The position numbers and the translations under genes were made by a program. From the NCBI GenBank assembly GCA_015063895.1, contig SVTG01000008.1, positions 156-64,155 of the forward strand: a stretch of DNA of 64,000 bases. The letters run 5' to 3'. Origin of the DNA: Oscillospiraceae bacterium. Its GTDB lineage: Bacteria; Bacillota; Clostridia; Oscillospirales; CAG-272. The notes under the pieces are model-generated. The model saw nothing but the letters and a program-made list of their open reading frames with translations. It searched no databases and was not told the DNA's origin. Of this stretch, positions 54,888 through 61,946 are shown piece after piece; the stretch's first letter is position 1; each line of letters begins with the position of its first letter.

Positions 54888-57185
54888 CTAAAATTCGGTG
54901 TTGAGCTTGGCTTGCTCGCTTTCTAAGTTGTTGATCACAGTCATTTCAGGCAGATCGCGCTCGGCGCTGACGGGCACCGCCACAAAAAACGTAGAGGTGT
55001 GGGCGGGGAGCTGCAAGCGCAGATAGGTGTAGGTCTTACCGAGGTAGGAAACAAAGCGCTCGGGGCGCGCGTGAATGTTGCCCGTGTGGGGGTCCCATTC
55101 GTCTACGTCGTGGGCACCGCGCAGCAGCAGATGATGATTGTAGTCGGTGTCGGTCGCGTTTGAAAAGTAGTAAATATCGCCCTCGTCGGTGCGCTTGTGG
55201 ATATGGGTAAACATACCGCCGTGCGGGAAGGAGCGCGTAAGGCCCACCGTGTGAAATTCGGGATAGATCGCATTGAGCGCCCCGGTTCCCTCAAAGCGCC
55301 CCATGCCGGGAATATAGACGTCAAAGGGGACGCCAAAGGAATTGAGCGCGCGGTTCACAAGAGAGCTTTTTGTCATGTGTGTGCCGTCAACCGTCGTCGC
55401 GTTGAAGTATAAAAACAGTGCTTCGCCGCCGTTTTTGTTTTTGTTGTGGCAGTAGCGCCCCATCACGTTTTTGTCGGTGGCCTGAAGACCGAAGATGGCG
55501 CGTGTCAGCGCCTGCACCTCGGCATCGTTTTTGCCCTCCTTGTCGTATTCAAACGCCATGGTTGGCAGCTGGCCCGTGGCTAAGATCTTGCCGCCCTCGT
55601 CATAAAATTTCTTCAGCATACGCAGGTTCGGTAGGCTGATGATATGGGTGCAGGGCAGCACAAAGATGCTGAACTGCTCGCGGTTGTTTTTGTTGTCAAG
55701 GTAGAGCACGCCCCCCTCGGTGTGGCATTGCGTGCGCATAGCCTTGGGGTGCAGGACAGTCAGGTCGTGACCTGCATAAAAGGTAATGGCGTTGATCAGC
55801 GTCATGTAGTCGGCATCGGTGGGGGTCTCGGGATATTCGTAGCCCGTTACCTCAGAGCTGTAAAGCGTCACGCGGCTGTGCAGATCGTAGATCGGGTAAA
55901 GCAGGGCAATGTCCGACACGTGTCTGCCACCCTGCAGCATCAGCTGCACGCGCGCGATAAAATCGCCAAAGGTGCTGTCGGCGGTAAGCGCCTCGGGTAA
56001 ATGGAGGGCCGCGTTGTTCACGCCGCGCGAAAATGCGTTCATGGCGTCCTTCATGAGGCTTACGCGATCGTGCTGCGGATAGCCGCGAAAGAGCTCGCCG
56101 TTGACGCGCGCGGTGTCAAAGTTGTAGGCGGCGCCTGCGGCAATTTTTACGGAGTTGGTGCCGTAAAGATAGGATTTATCAAACAGGGCGCAGGGAGAGT
56201 AGCGGTTGCACAGCATCGCGTCACCCGCGGTAAAGGAGCAGGCGGTGAGCTTGGGCTCGGTGAGGCTTCCGAAGGTGGAAAGCCCCAATTCCGAGGCAAA
56301 GTTTTGCAGCGCCTCCATCACACCGTGCTGGATCATCGAGGCACGTACCGTCATCAGCATGGCCTTGTAGTGCGTGGTATCCTTACCCGCATAACCAAAA
56401 AGCGCGGGGTAAAGGGGCGCGGGGTCAAAGCCAAAGCGGCGCAAAAACAGATCGTTGAAGGAGGGATCCCAGTCGCGGCGGTTGGTGCCGTGAAAGCCGA
56501 CCTCGGCATAGGCAAGGGTCGTCAGCGTCGTGCCGATATAGGGGGCGAGCACGCCTGAAAAGAGGTTAAAGGCCATGGCCATATAGGCGCGCGAGGCCTC
56601 GTAGGAAAGGAAGTTGGCGCGGCGGCAATCGGGCTCCTCTATCGCCAGATATTCGCGCACCACCCAGTTGCCCTGCGGCACCTCCCAGCAGAGCTTGTTA
56701 TCCTTGATAAAGGGTCTGAGGTCAATGACCTCGCCCCACATTTCGGAATAGGCCACGAGCGATAAAAGATCGCCCTCGTGCAGGCGTCTTTCCAGCTTTT
56801 CTCCCGTGCGGCAGATATATTCCTTGCACTCTAAAAGCTTGGCGTGCAGGCTCGTTTCGCCGAGGTCGTCGAGCATACGAATGACAAGATCCTCAAAGGC
56901 GCTGTCAAGGAAAAACGCGACCGTCAGCCCTCTTATGGCCGCCTCGTGCAGCAAAATGCGGTACATGTCGCGTACAGCATCAACGTCATCGGTGTTTTTG
57001 AGCTCGGTGCCCTTGGGCAGCATGGGGATCACCCCTCCGCACCCCGCGCGCTGGCAGGTCTCAAGTGCTGTGAGGATCGGCGTTTGCAGATCGGTCGCCG
57101 TGGGGGAGGGAAAGGTGAAATAATAGATCGGGCGCGTGCTGTTATCGGGTCGGGCAAACGTCGCCTTTTTTTGTGCGTATGCCAT
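54888..57185 (-). CDS. large uncharacterised protein, possibly a glycoside hydrolase (GH106-like N-terminal pattern)
   Basis: Start at ATG 57185 behind AAGGAGAG. 765 aa. RPIYYFTFPS...AGCGGVIPML resembles the RP.pfW.w...GiGGf opening of a glycosidase family I recall only loosely. Confidence 0.35.
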   Translation of the reverse strand: MAYAQKKATFARPDNSTRPIYYFTFPSPTATDLQTPILTALETCQRAGCGGVIPMLPKGTELKNTDDVDAVRDMYRILLHEAAIRGLTVAFFLDSAFEDLVIRMLDDLGETSLHAKLLECKEYICRTGEKLERRLHEGDLLSLVAYSEMWGEVIDLRPFIKDNKLCWEVPQGNWVVREYLAIEEPDCRRANFLSYEASRAYMAMAFNLFSGVLAPYIGTTLTTLAYAEVGFHGTNRRDWDPSFNDLFLRRFGFDPAPLYPALFGYAGKDTTHYKAMLMTVRASMIQHGVMEALQNFASELGLSTFGSLTEPKLTACSFTAGDAMLCNRYSPCALFDKSYLYGTNSVKIAAGAAYNFDTARVNGELFRGYPQHDRVSLMKDAMNAFSRGVNNAALHLPEALTADSTFGDFIARVQLMLQGGRHVSDIALLYPIYDLHSRVTLYSSEVTGYEYPETPTDADYMTLINAITFYAGHDLTVLHPKAMRTQCHTEGGVLYLDNKNNREQFSIFVLPCTHIISLPNLRMLKKFYDEGGKILATGQLPTMAFEYDKEGKNDAEVQALTRAIFGLQATDKNVMGRYCHNKNKNGGEALFLYFNATTVDGTHMTKSSLVNRALNSFGVPFDVYIPGMGRFEGTGALNAIYPEFHTVGLTRSFPHGGMFTHIHKRTDEGDIYYFSNATDTDYNHHLLLRGAHDVDEWDPHTGNIHARPERFVSYLGKTYTYLRLQLPAHTSTFFVAVPVSAERDLPEMTVINNLESEQAKLNTEF

Positions 57186-57281
57186 AGCGCTCTCCTTTTT
57201 CGTGGTATTGCCTTCAGTATAGCATATTTTACGCGTGATTTCCAGCGTTTTTGTAAATTTATCCAAAGTTTTACTTGTCTA

Positions 57282-57310
57282 TTGACAAGCATATTTTTGA
57301 ATGTTAAAAT
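57282..57310 (+). promoter_or_regulatory. sigma-A promoter with an overlapping palindrome CTTGTC-TATT-GACAAG
   Basis: TTGACA, 17-nt spacer, TAAAAT, with a TGT extended -10. Confidence 0.6.
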
Positions 57311-57357
57311 GGAGTTGGTCGCAAGGCTCGTAACACTTTATTCAGGAGGCCATCGGT

Positions 57358-58077
57358 ATGAAAATTGATTTTCACGCACATATTTTGCCCCGTGCCGATC
57401 ACGGGTGTACCTGCTCCGCGATGGCCGAGGCACAGCTGCGGCTGATGCAGCGTGCAGGCACCGACGCCGTGGTGGCAACCTCTCATTTTTACCCCAACGA
57501 GCATAGCATCTCTTCCTTTCTCGCGTGCCGTCAGGGCTCACTGGATGCGCTGCTTGAAAAACTGCCGCTGGCAGACCTGCCTATCGTGTATCAAGGCGCT
57601 GAGGTGCTGGTTTGCGCGGGTATACATAAGATGGAGGGGCTTGAGCGCCTTGCCATCGTCGGTACCAATGTGATCCTGCTGGAAATGCCCTTCGGGCATT
57701 GGCGCCCCGAGCTTTACGATGCGGTGCTTGGTGTGCGTGCGCGCGGACTTTGTCCCGTGCTGGCACATATCGATCGCTACGACCTACATAACGTGCAGGT
57801 GCTTTTGGAGGAGGGGATCTCCGCGCAGGTCAACGCCGCCGCGTTTGGACTGTTCGCTAAGACCGCCCCCTATGAGGCACTGATGCGTGAGGGGCGCGTG
57901 GTGGCGCTTGGCAGCGACCTGCACGGCAGTAAGGCCGCCGATTATCAGCGCTTTGTTAAAATGCAAAAAAAGCTGGGTAGTCTTGCTGATGCGGTCTTTG
58001 CTGCGACCGAGCAGCTGCTTCAAAATGCCACACCTCTTTTTGAGAAAAAAGAGAGGGTGGATACGTTGTTAACGTAA
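57358..58077 (+). CDS. CpsB/YwqE-like PHP-family protein-tyrosine phosphatase
   Basis: MKIDFHAHILPRADHG start is typical of CpsB/CapC. 239 aa. Confidence 0.65.
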   Translation: MKIDFHAHILPRADHGCTCSAMAEAQLRLMQRAGTDAVVATSHFYPNEHSISSFLACRQGSLDALLEKLPLADLPIVYQGAEVLVCAGIHKMEGLERLAIVGTNVILLEMPFGHWRPELYDAVLGVRARGLCPVLAHIDRYDLHNVQVLLEEGISAQVNAAAFGLFAKTAPYEALMREGRVVALGSDLHGSKAADYQRFVKMQKKLGSLADAVFAATEQLLQNATPLFEKKERVDTLLT

Positions 58078-58125
58078 TTGACAAAAGGAAAAACTATGGA
58101 ACACAAGCTGCTCGCCCGTACTCCC

Positions 58126-58160
58126 ATGCGGTGCCCAAGGGCACCGCATCCTTTTTGTTT
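58126..58160 (+). terminator. intrinsic terminator
   Basis: ATGCGGTGCCC/GGGCACCGCAT followed by CCTTTTTGTTT. Confidence 0.8.
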
Positions 58161-58175
58161 GCCAGATATTGTTCC

Positions 58176-58204
58176 TTGATTTTGTTTTTTCCATATGGTA
58201 CAAT
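58176..58204 (+). promoter_or_regulatory. sigma-A promoter with an extended -10
   Basis: TTGATT, 17-nt spacer, (TGG)TACAAT. Confidence 0.55.
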
Positions 58205-58270
58205 AAAAGTGTAAATTGTCGCGATTTTACAATCCAAACTGTTCGCTAGCAGACAAGAAAGGACGTATGT

Positions 58271-59089
58271 TTGAAAAAAGTATTGATAGCCCTTCCGATC
58301 CTGCTTTTTTTGTTTATCGTAGTTACCTTACCTGCCTCGGCCGCCTCGGTGCGCGTCACCGTGGACGGCGCCCCCTTTTCGGGGAGCGTCGAGGTGAAAA
58401 ATAATACCACGTATGTGGGTGTTCGCAAATTTTCTACCGATCTTGACCCAACCGCCACCGTTACATATCATGCCGCCACGCGCACATTGACGGTGCAATC
58501 AAGCAAGCTGACGATGACCGTCACCGACGGTAGCCACTATATCGTTGCCAACGGCAGATATCTTTACTATGAGCAGCCCGTGTTTATGAAAAGCGGCACC
58601 ATGTATGCGCCTGTTTTGCAGCTTTACCGCGCGTTTGGCGCGGGCATCAAATGGAGCGACGCGATGGGCGGCTTTGCCGTCACGCGCGGCAGTGGCGGTA
58701 TTGCCGCAGGCAGCAGCTATTATAGAAATGACGAGGTGCTGTGGCTCTCGCGCATCATCAGCGCCGAGGCCAAGGGCGAGCCGCTGCGCGGTAAGATCGC
58801 CGTGGGAAACGTCATTCTCAACCGCGTGGCGCACAGCGCTTTTCCGAATACCATTTACAGCGTGATCTTTGATAAAAAGCACGGTGTGCAATTCACCCCC
58901 GCCGCCAACGGCACGGTCTATCAGGCCCCCACCGAGGAGAGCGTCATCGCCGCCAAGATCTGCCTTGAGGGATACTCCGTCAGCCCCCGAATTTTATACT
59001 TTGTCAACCCCGTTAAGGCACCAAACAGCTGGGCCGCTAAAAATCGCCCCTATTTTGGCAAGATCGGCAACCACGCGTTTTATAATTAA
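58271..59089 (+). CDS. secreted cell-wall hydrolase: copper-amine-oxidase-like N-domain plus SleB-type hydrolase domain
   Basis: TTG start. Signal peptide MKKVLIALPILLFLFIVVTLPASA. VTVDGAPF...NNTTYV stalk domain. IISAEAKGEPLRGKIAVGNVILNRV...VQFTP SleB block. Confidence 0.82.
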   Translation: MKKVLIALPILLFLFIVVTLPASAASVRVTVDGAPFSGSVEVKNNTTYVGVRKFSTDLDPTATVTYHAATRTLTVQSSKLTMTVTDGSHYIVANGRYLYYEQPVFMKSGTMYAPVLQLYRAFGAGIKWSDAMGGFAVTRGSGGIAAGSSYYRNDEVLWLSRIISAEAKGEPLRGKIAVGNVILNRVAHSAFPNTIYSVIFDKKHGVQFTPAANGTVYQAPTEESVIAAKICLEGYSVSPRILYFVNPVKAPNSWAAKNRPYFGKIGNHAFYN

Positions 59090-59093
59090 CGCT

Positions 59094-59126
59094 AAAAGGC
59101 AGAGAGCACGCTCTCTGCCTTTTTTA
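59094..59126. terminator. bidirectional terminator
   Basis: AAGGCAGAGAG/CTCTCTGCCTT flanked by A and T runs. Confidence 0.85.
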
Positions 59127-59142
59127 GTGCATGGCGGTTGAT

Positions 59143-59388
59143 CTATCCAAAGTCGTGCCGTTCGCCGCCGCTGCTGCCTATTTCTTCAAATGCACAAATG
59201 ATCTCCTCAATTTTTTCAAAGCATTCCCGATCCTCAAGGGTGTTATCCTGCAGTATTTCTTTGATTTTTTTAAGAGTACGGTAACAAATTGCTTCTACCG
59301 CCTCGTGAGATGGCGTTAAGTCGGGAAAGCGTATTTCCACCGTTTCGTGCTGTATCAGATGGCAAAGAATTTCTTTATAAAGCTCCAT
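59143..59388 (-). CDS. small hypothetical protein (81 aa)
   Basis: ATG start and acidic helical sequence ...ECFEKIEEIICAFEEIG...RHDFG. I recognise no family with confidence. Confidence 0.5.
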   Translation of the reverse strand: MELYKEILCHLIQHETVEIRFPDLTPSHEAVEAICYRTLKKIKEILQDNTLEDRECFEKIEEIICAFEEIGSSGGERHDFG

Positions 59389-59465
59389 TTTTTTCTCCTT
59401 AAAATCGAATATGGGGATTATATCCCCTTAATAATTCAGATTATAACCCCCATAATAAATATATA

Positions 59466-59745
59466 GCCGCACGGGAGTCGAACCCATAAGCCCTGCGGCA
59501 ATAAATTTTCGCGTCTTTTGACGCGTCAAGGCTTGAAAAGTCCGCACTTGTCTGCACCTTGCCACGGCAAAATCCATCAAAAATTGATTTGCCGCAGGGT
59601 GCCTTAGCAGTCCCACAGGAATAGATTTTTTGCAAGACAAGTTGAGTTTTTTGAGAAATATACAGATATTTAAGAAAAACTCAATGAAGTATTGCGGAAA
59701 ATATATCCTGTCGGACCTTATGTGTTCGATTCCCGTGCGGCTAGG
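59466..59745. repeat. 280-bp element bounded by 27-bp imperfect terminal inverted repeats, with nested internal helices (candidate MITE or structured leader RNA)
   Basis: TAGCCGCACGGGAGTCGAACCCATAAG at 59466-59492 and its complement CTTATGTGTTCGATTCCCGTGCGGCTA at 59719-59745 match at 25 of 27 positions. Inner stems at 59493-59503/59591-59601 and 59611-59620/59707-59716. Confidence 0.6.
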
Positions 59746-59756
59746 GGGTGAATTTT

Positions 59757-59957
59757 TTGATCGTATTTGATAAATTATTCGTTTTGATGCAGCAAAAGGG
59801 GGTTACCACCTATTGGCTGCGTGAAAAATGCGGTATTGACAGCAAGACCGTGCGCCGCCTCAAGGCCAACGATAACATGGAAACCAAAACCCTCAATAAG
59901 CTTTGCGCCGTGCTTGATTGCAAAGTTGAGGATATCATGGAGTATATACCCGATTAA
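59757..59957 (+). CDS. XRE-family helix-turn-helix transcriptional regulator
   Basis: FDKLFVLMQQKGVTTYWLREKCGIDSKTVRRLKANDNMETKTLNKLCAVLDCKVEDIMEY. TTG 59757 lies 8 nt after AGGGGG. GTG 59748 is the ORF-track alternative. Confidence 0.8.
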   Translation: MIVFDKLFVLMQQKGVTTYWLREKCGIDSKTVRRLKANDNMETKTLNKLCAVLDCKVEDIMEYIPD

Positions 59958-59986
59958 AAAACACCGCCGACGGGCGGTGTTTTTTG
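59956..59986. terminator. bidirectional terminator
   Basis: AAAAAACACCGCC/GGCGGTGTTTTTT. Confidence 0.85.
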
Positions 59987-59995
59987 CTGCTTTCG

Positions 59996-60061
59996 GTTCA
60001 GCCTGTATTGGAGTATCAAATGATCCGCGATCATCGCGATAAACTCCGAATTCGTGGGCTT
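59996..60061 (-). pseudogene. displaced remnant of the spo0A 3' end (22 codons)
   Basis: Translates to [22 protein letters not shown], against [22 protein letters not shown] in the intact gene. The core 39 nt match at 36 of 39 positions. Offset is 204 bp. Confidence 0.75.
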
Positions 60062-60196
60062 ATAGCCGAGGCTCCCTTGTGCAAAGGGAGCTCCTGACGA
60101 AGTCGGGTGAGGGATTGTTTTGCGGTGAAATTTTGCTTTTACAACCCCTCTGTCTCGCTTTGCGTGCCACCTCCCCTTACACAGGGGAGGCATTTT
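60062..60196. repeat. palindrome-rich 135-bp insert between the spo0A stop and its displaced 3' remnant
   Basis: Hairpins GGCTCCCTTGTGCAAAGGGAGC(T)CC and CCTCCCCTTACACAGGGGAGG. The style resembles short interspersed palindromic repeats I recall from related Clostridia genomes. Confidence 0.4.
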
Positions 60197-60964
60197 TTAA
60201 TATAGCTTATACTTGAGCCTGAGATTATCCGCTATCATCGCGATAAACTCCGAATTGGTAGGCTTGCCTCGGTTGTTTTGAATGGTGTAGCCAAAGTAGC
60301 TGTTGAGGGTATCCACGTCTCCGCGGTCCCATGCCACTTCAATCGCGTGCCGAATGGCACGCTCCACGCGGCTGGTGGTGGTCTGGTATTTCTTCGCCAC
60401 GGAAGGGTAGAGCACCTTCGTCACGCTATTGATAATATCGCTATCCTGAATGGTGAGGAGTATGGCGGTGCGCAGATACTGATACCCCTTGATATGTGCA
60501 GGCACGCCGATCTGATGAATGATCTTGGTCACCTGCGTTTCAATGTCGGGGACGCTGCTATGTGCAGCGGCGCCGGGGACTTGACGCCCCTCCAAAAGGC
60601 GGCGCAGATGCTCACAAAGGCTGGTGGCGTCAAAGGGCTTCATCAGACACAGGTCGGCGCCTGCCGCCACGGCCTCGTTGATCATGGTTTGCCCCGCCGC
60701 AGGGGAAATGACCATAAATACGGGTGACTTTTGCCCTTCTGATTTGGTTTTGTAGCTGCGTAGCACACCGATGCCGTCAAGACGGGTCAGCATCATATCG
60801 ATAAGCGCCGCGTCATAGTGTGTGCGCGTCAGCTTCAGCAGCGCCTCCTCGCCGTTGGTGGCCTCATCGATCAGGCGCCAGCCCGCGCGGTTCAAGGCCT
60901 CGCGCAGAATTTGTCGCTCGGCAGGGTTTTCATCGGCAATTAGTATTTTGGTGTTGTATTCCAT
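60197..60964 (-). CDS. spo0A: sporulation master regulator Spo0A
   Basis: Start at ATG 60964 behind GGAGGA. Receiver domain (ILIADEN...[14 protein letters not shown]) and the Spo0A-specific [15 protein letters not shown] and [13 protein letters not shown] blocks. Confidence 0.96.
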   Translation of the reverse strand: MEYNTKILIADENPAERQILREALNRAGWRLIDEATNGEEALLKLTRTHYDAALIDMMLTRLDGIGVLRSYKTKSEGQKSPVFMVISPAAGQTMINEAVAAGADLCLMKPFDATSLCEHLRRLLEGRQVPGAAAHSSVPDIETQVTKIIHQIGVPAHIKGYQYLRTAILLTIQDSDIINSVTKVLYPSVAKKYQTTTSRVERAIRHAIEVAWDRGDVDTLNSYFGYTIQNNRGKPTNSEFIAMIADNLRLKYKLY

Positions 60965-61005
60965 TGTTGAATTCCTCCACAATTTCGTATTTTTTGTACG
61001 TTTAT

Positions 61006-61034
61006 ATATTACCATATTTTACCAAATTTTACAA
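61006..61034 (-). promoter_or_regulatory. candidate sigma-A promoter upstream of spo0A
   Basis: On the minus strand: TTGTAA, 17-nt spacer, (TGG)TAATAT. Embedded in phased A-tracts. Confidence 0.4.
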
Positions 61035-61145
61035 TAGTTTCCAACGTGAAATATGAACCAAACTTCTCCTGCTCTTTTTGTAGGATTTTACCAGTTTTTA
61101 CCAAATGTATACAAAAGCCGACACCAAGCGCTATAAACTGCAAAA

Positions 61146-61184
61146 TAAAAAACGAGCCGACACTTGGTGTCAGGCTCGTTTTTA
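61146..61184 (-). terminator. terminator after the rluB-like gene
   Basis: AACGAGCC...GGCTCGTT with an inner GACAC/GTGTC stem and T-runs on both strands. Confidence 0.75.
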
Positions 61185-61202
61185 TACGCGGTGAACGCGC
61201 GG

Positions 61203-61925
61203 TTAGTTACCTTTTAAATATGCGACCTCGTCGGGGGTCAGCTCACGCCATTTTCCCTCGGGGAGGTCAAGGAGTGCGATCTGCCCCAACGCCACGCGCG
61301 TGAGGCGCGTGATCGAAAGATCAACCGCCTCGCACATGCGGCGGATCTGGCGGTTTCTGCCCTCAAACAGCGTAAAGGAAAGCGTGGTGGCGTGCGGTGT
61401 GACCGTCAGGGGCGTGACGGTCACGGGCAACGTTTCGTACCCGTCAAGCAAAAAGGGCTGACCGAGGCGTTGAAGTGCCTCGGGGGAAACGGCCCCCTTT
61501 ACGGTGACGTGATAGAGCTTTGAAATTTCGTGTCGGGGGTGCGTCAGGCGATTGGCGAGGTCCCCGTCGTCGGTCAGCAGCAGAAGCCCGTCTGAATCCA
61601 TATCAAGGCGCCCCACGGGGTATACGCGCGTACCGACGCCCTTTACAAGGTCGGCAACGGTCGGGCGTCCCTTTTCGTCAGCCATGGTGGTCACAAATCC
61701 GCGCGGCTTATTGAGCAGCACGTAGCGGTGAGTGGCAGCATGCGGCACCACGCGCTTGCCACGCCACACTACGGCATCTACCCCCGGGGTCACGGGCTGC
61801 CCCGTGGTGGCAACCTCACCGTTCACCGTTACACGTCCTGCGGCAATTTCGGCTTCGGCGGCACGGCGGGAGAGCACACCGCAATCTGTAAAATATTTTT
61901 GTAGCCTTACGGTGCTTTTTTCCAT
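61203..61925 (-). CDS. rluB: pseudouridine synthase, RsuA/RluB family (S4 domain plus catalytic domain)
   Basis: LQKYFTDCGVLSRRAAE S4 domain and the GRLDMDSDGLLLLTDDG catalytic Asp motif. 240 aa. Confidence 0.88.
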   Translation of the reverse strand: MEKSTVRLQKYFTDCGVLSRRAAEAEIAAGRVTVNGEVATTGQPVTPGVDAVVWRGKRVVPHAATHRYVLLNKPRGFVTTMADEKGRPTVADLVKGVGTRVYPVGRLDMDSDGLLLLTDDGDLANRLTHPRHEISKLYHVTVKGAVSPEALQRLGQPFLLDGYETLPVTVTPLTVTPHATTLSFTLFEGRNRQIRRMCEAVDLSITRLTRVALGQIALLDLPEGKWRELTPDEVAYLKGN

Positions 61926-61946
61926 GGTGCTTCCTTTCTTTTTTAC

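Noticed and set aside
58097-58180. 27-codon ORF (MEHKLLARTPMRCPRAPHPFCLPDIVP) after the CpsB-like gene.
   Set aside because: It runs through the terminator hairpin at 58126-58160 and has no RBS.
59525-59550. RNase P or SRP RNA, suggested by GAAAAGTCCGCAC (similar to the P4 GAGGAAAGTCC) and AGGTCCGACAGGA on the opposite strand.
   Set aside because: The matching P4 3' strand (ACAGAA..GGCTTA) is absent. The SRP domain IV GGAA/AGCA loops are absent. The overall length and fold do not fit either RNA.
59466-59745. tRNA, intron-containing tRNA or tmRNA, suggested by GGTTCGACTCCC plus a 7-bp acceptor-like pairing TAGCCGC/GCGGCTA.
   Set aside because: The 5' arm is simply the reverse complement of the 3' arm across 27 nt, so there is no D-arm or anticodon arm. 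The acceptor lacks the G1 and G3:U70 identity expected for tmRNA. No tag reading frame ends in ...LAA. There is no CCA context, and at 280 nt it is too short for a Firmicute tmRNA.
59954-60193. 79-aa minus-strand ORF ending in a Spo0A-like tail.
   Set aside because: It is built from the two palindromic hairpins plus the displaced spo0A remnant. It has no RBS, and its start lies inside a stem. It is best explained as an accidental ORF.
60965-61110. Spo0A (0A) boxes and a sigma-H promoter upstream of spo0A.
   Set aside because: There is no exact TGTCGAA or TTCGACA; the nearest sequence is ATACGAA. I could not align a convincing AGGA-N-GAAT sigma-H pattern. Only the phased tracts and a candidate sigma-A promoter are reported.
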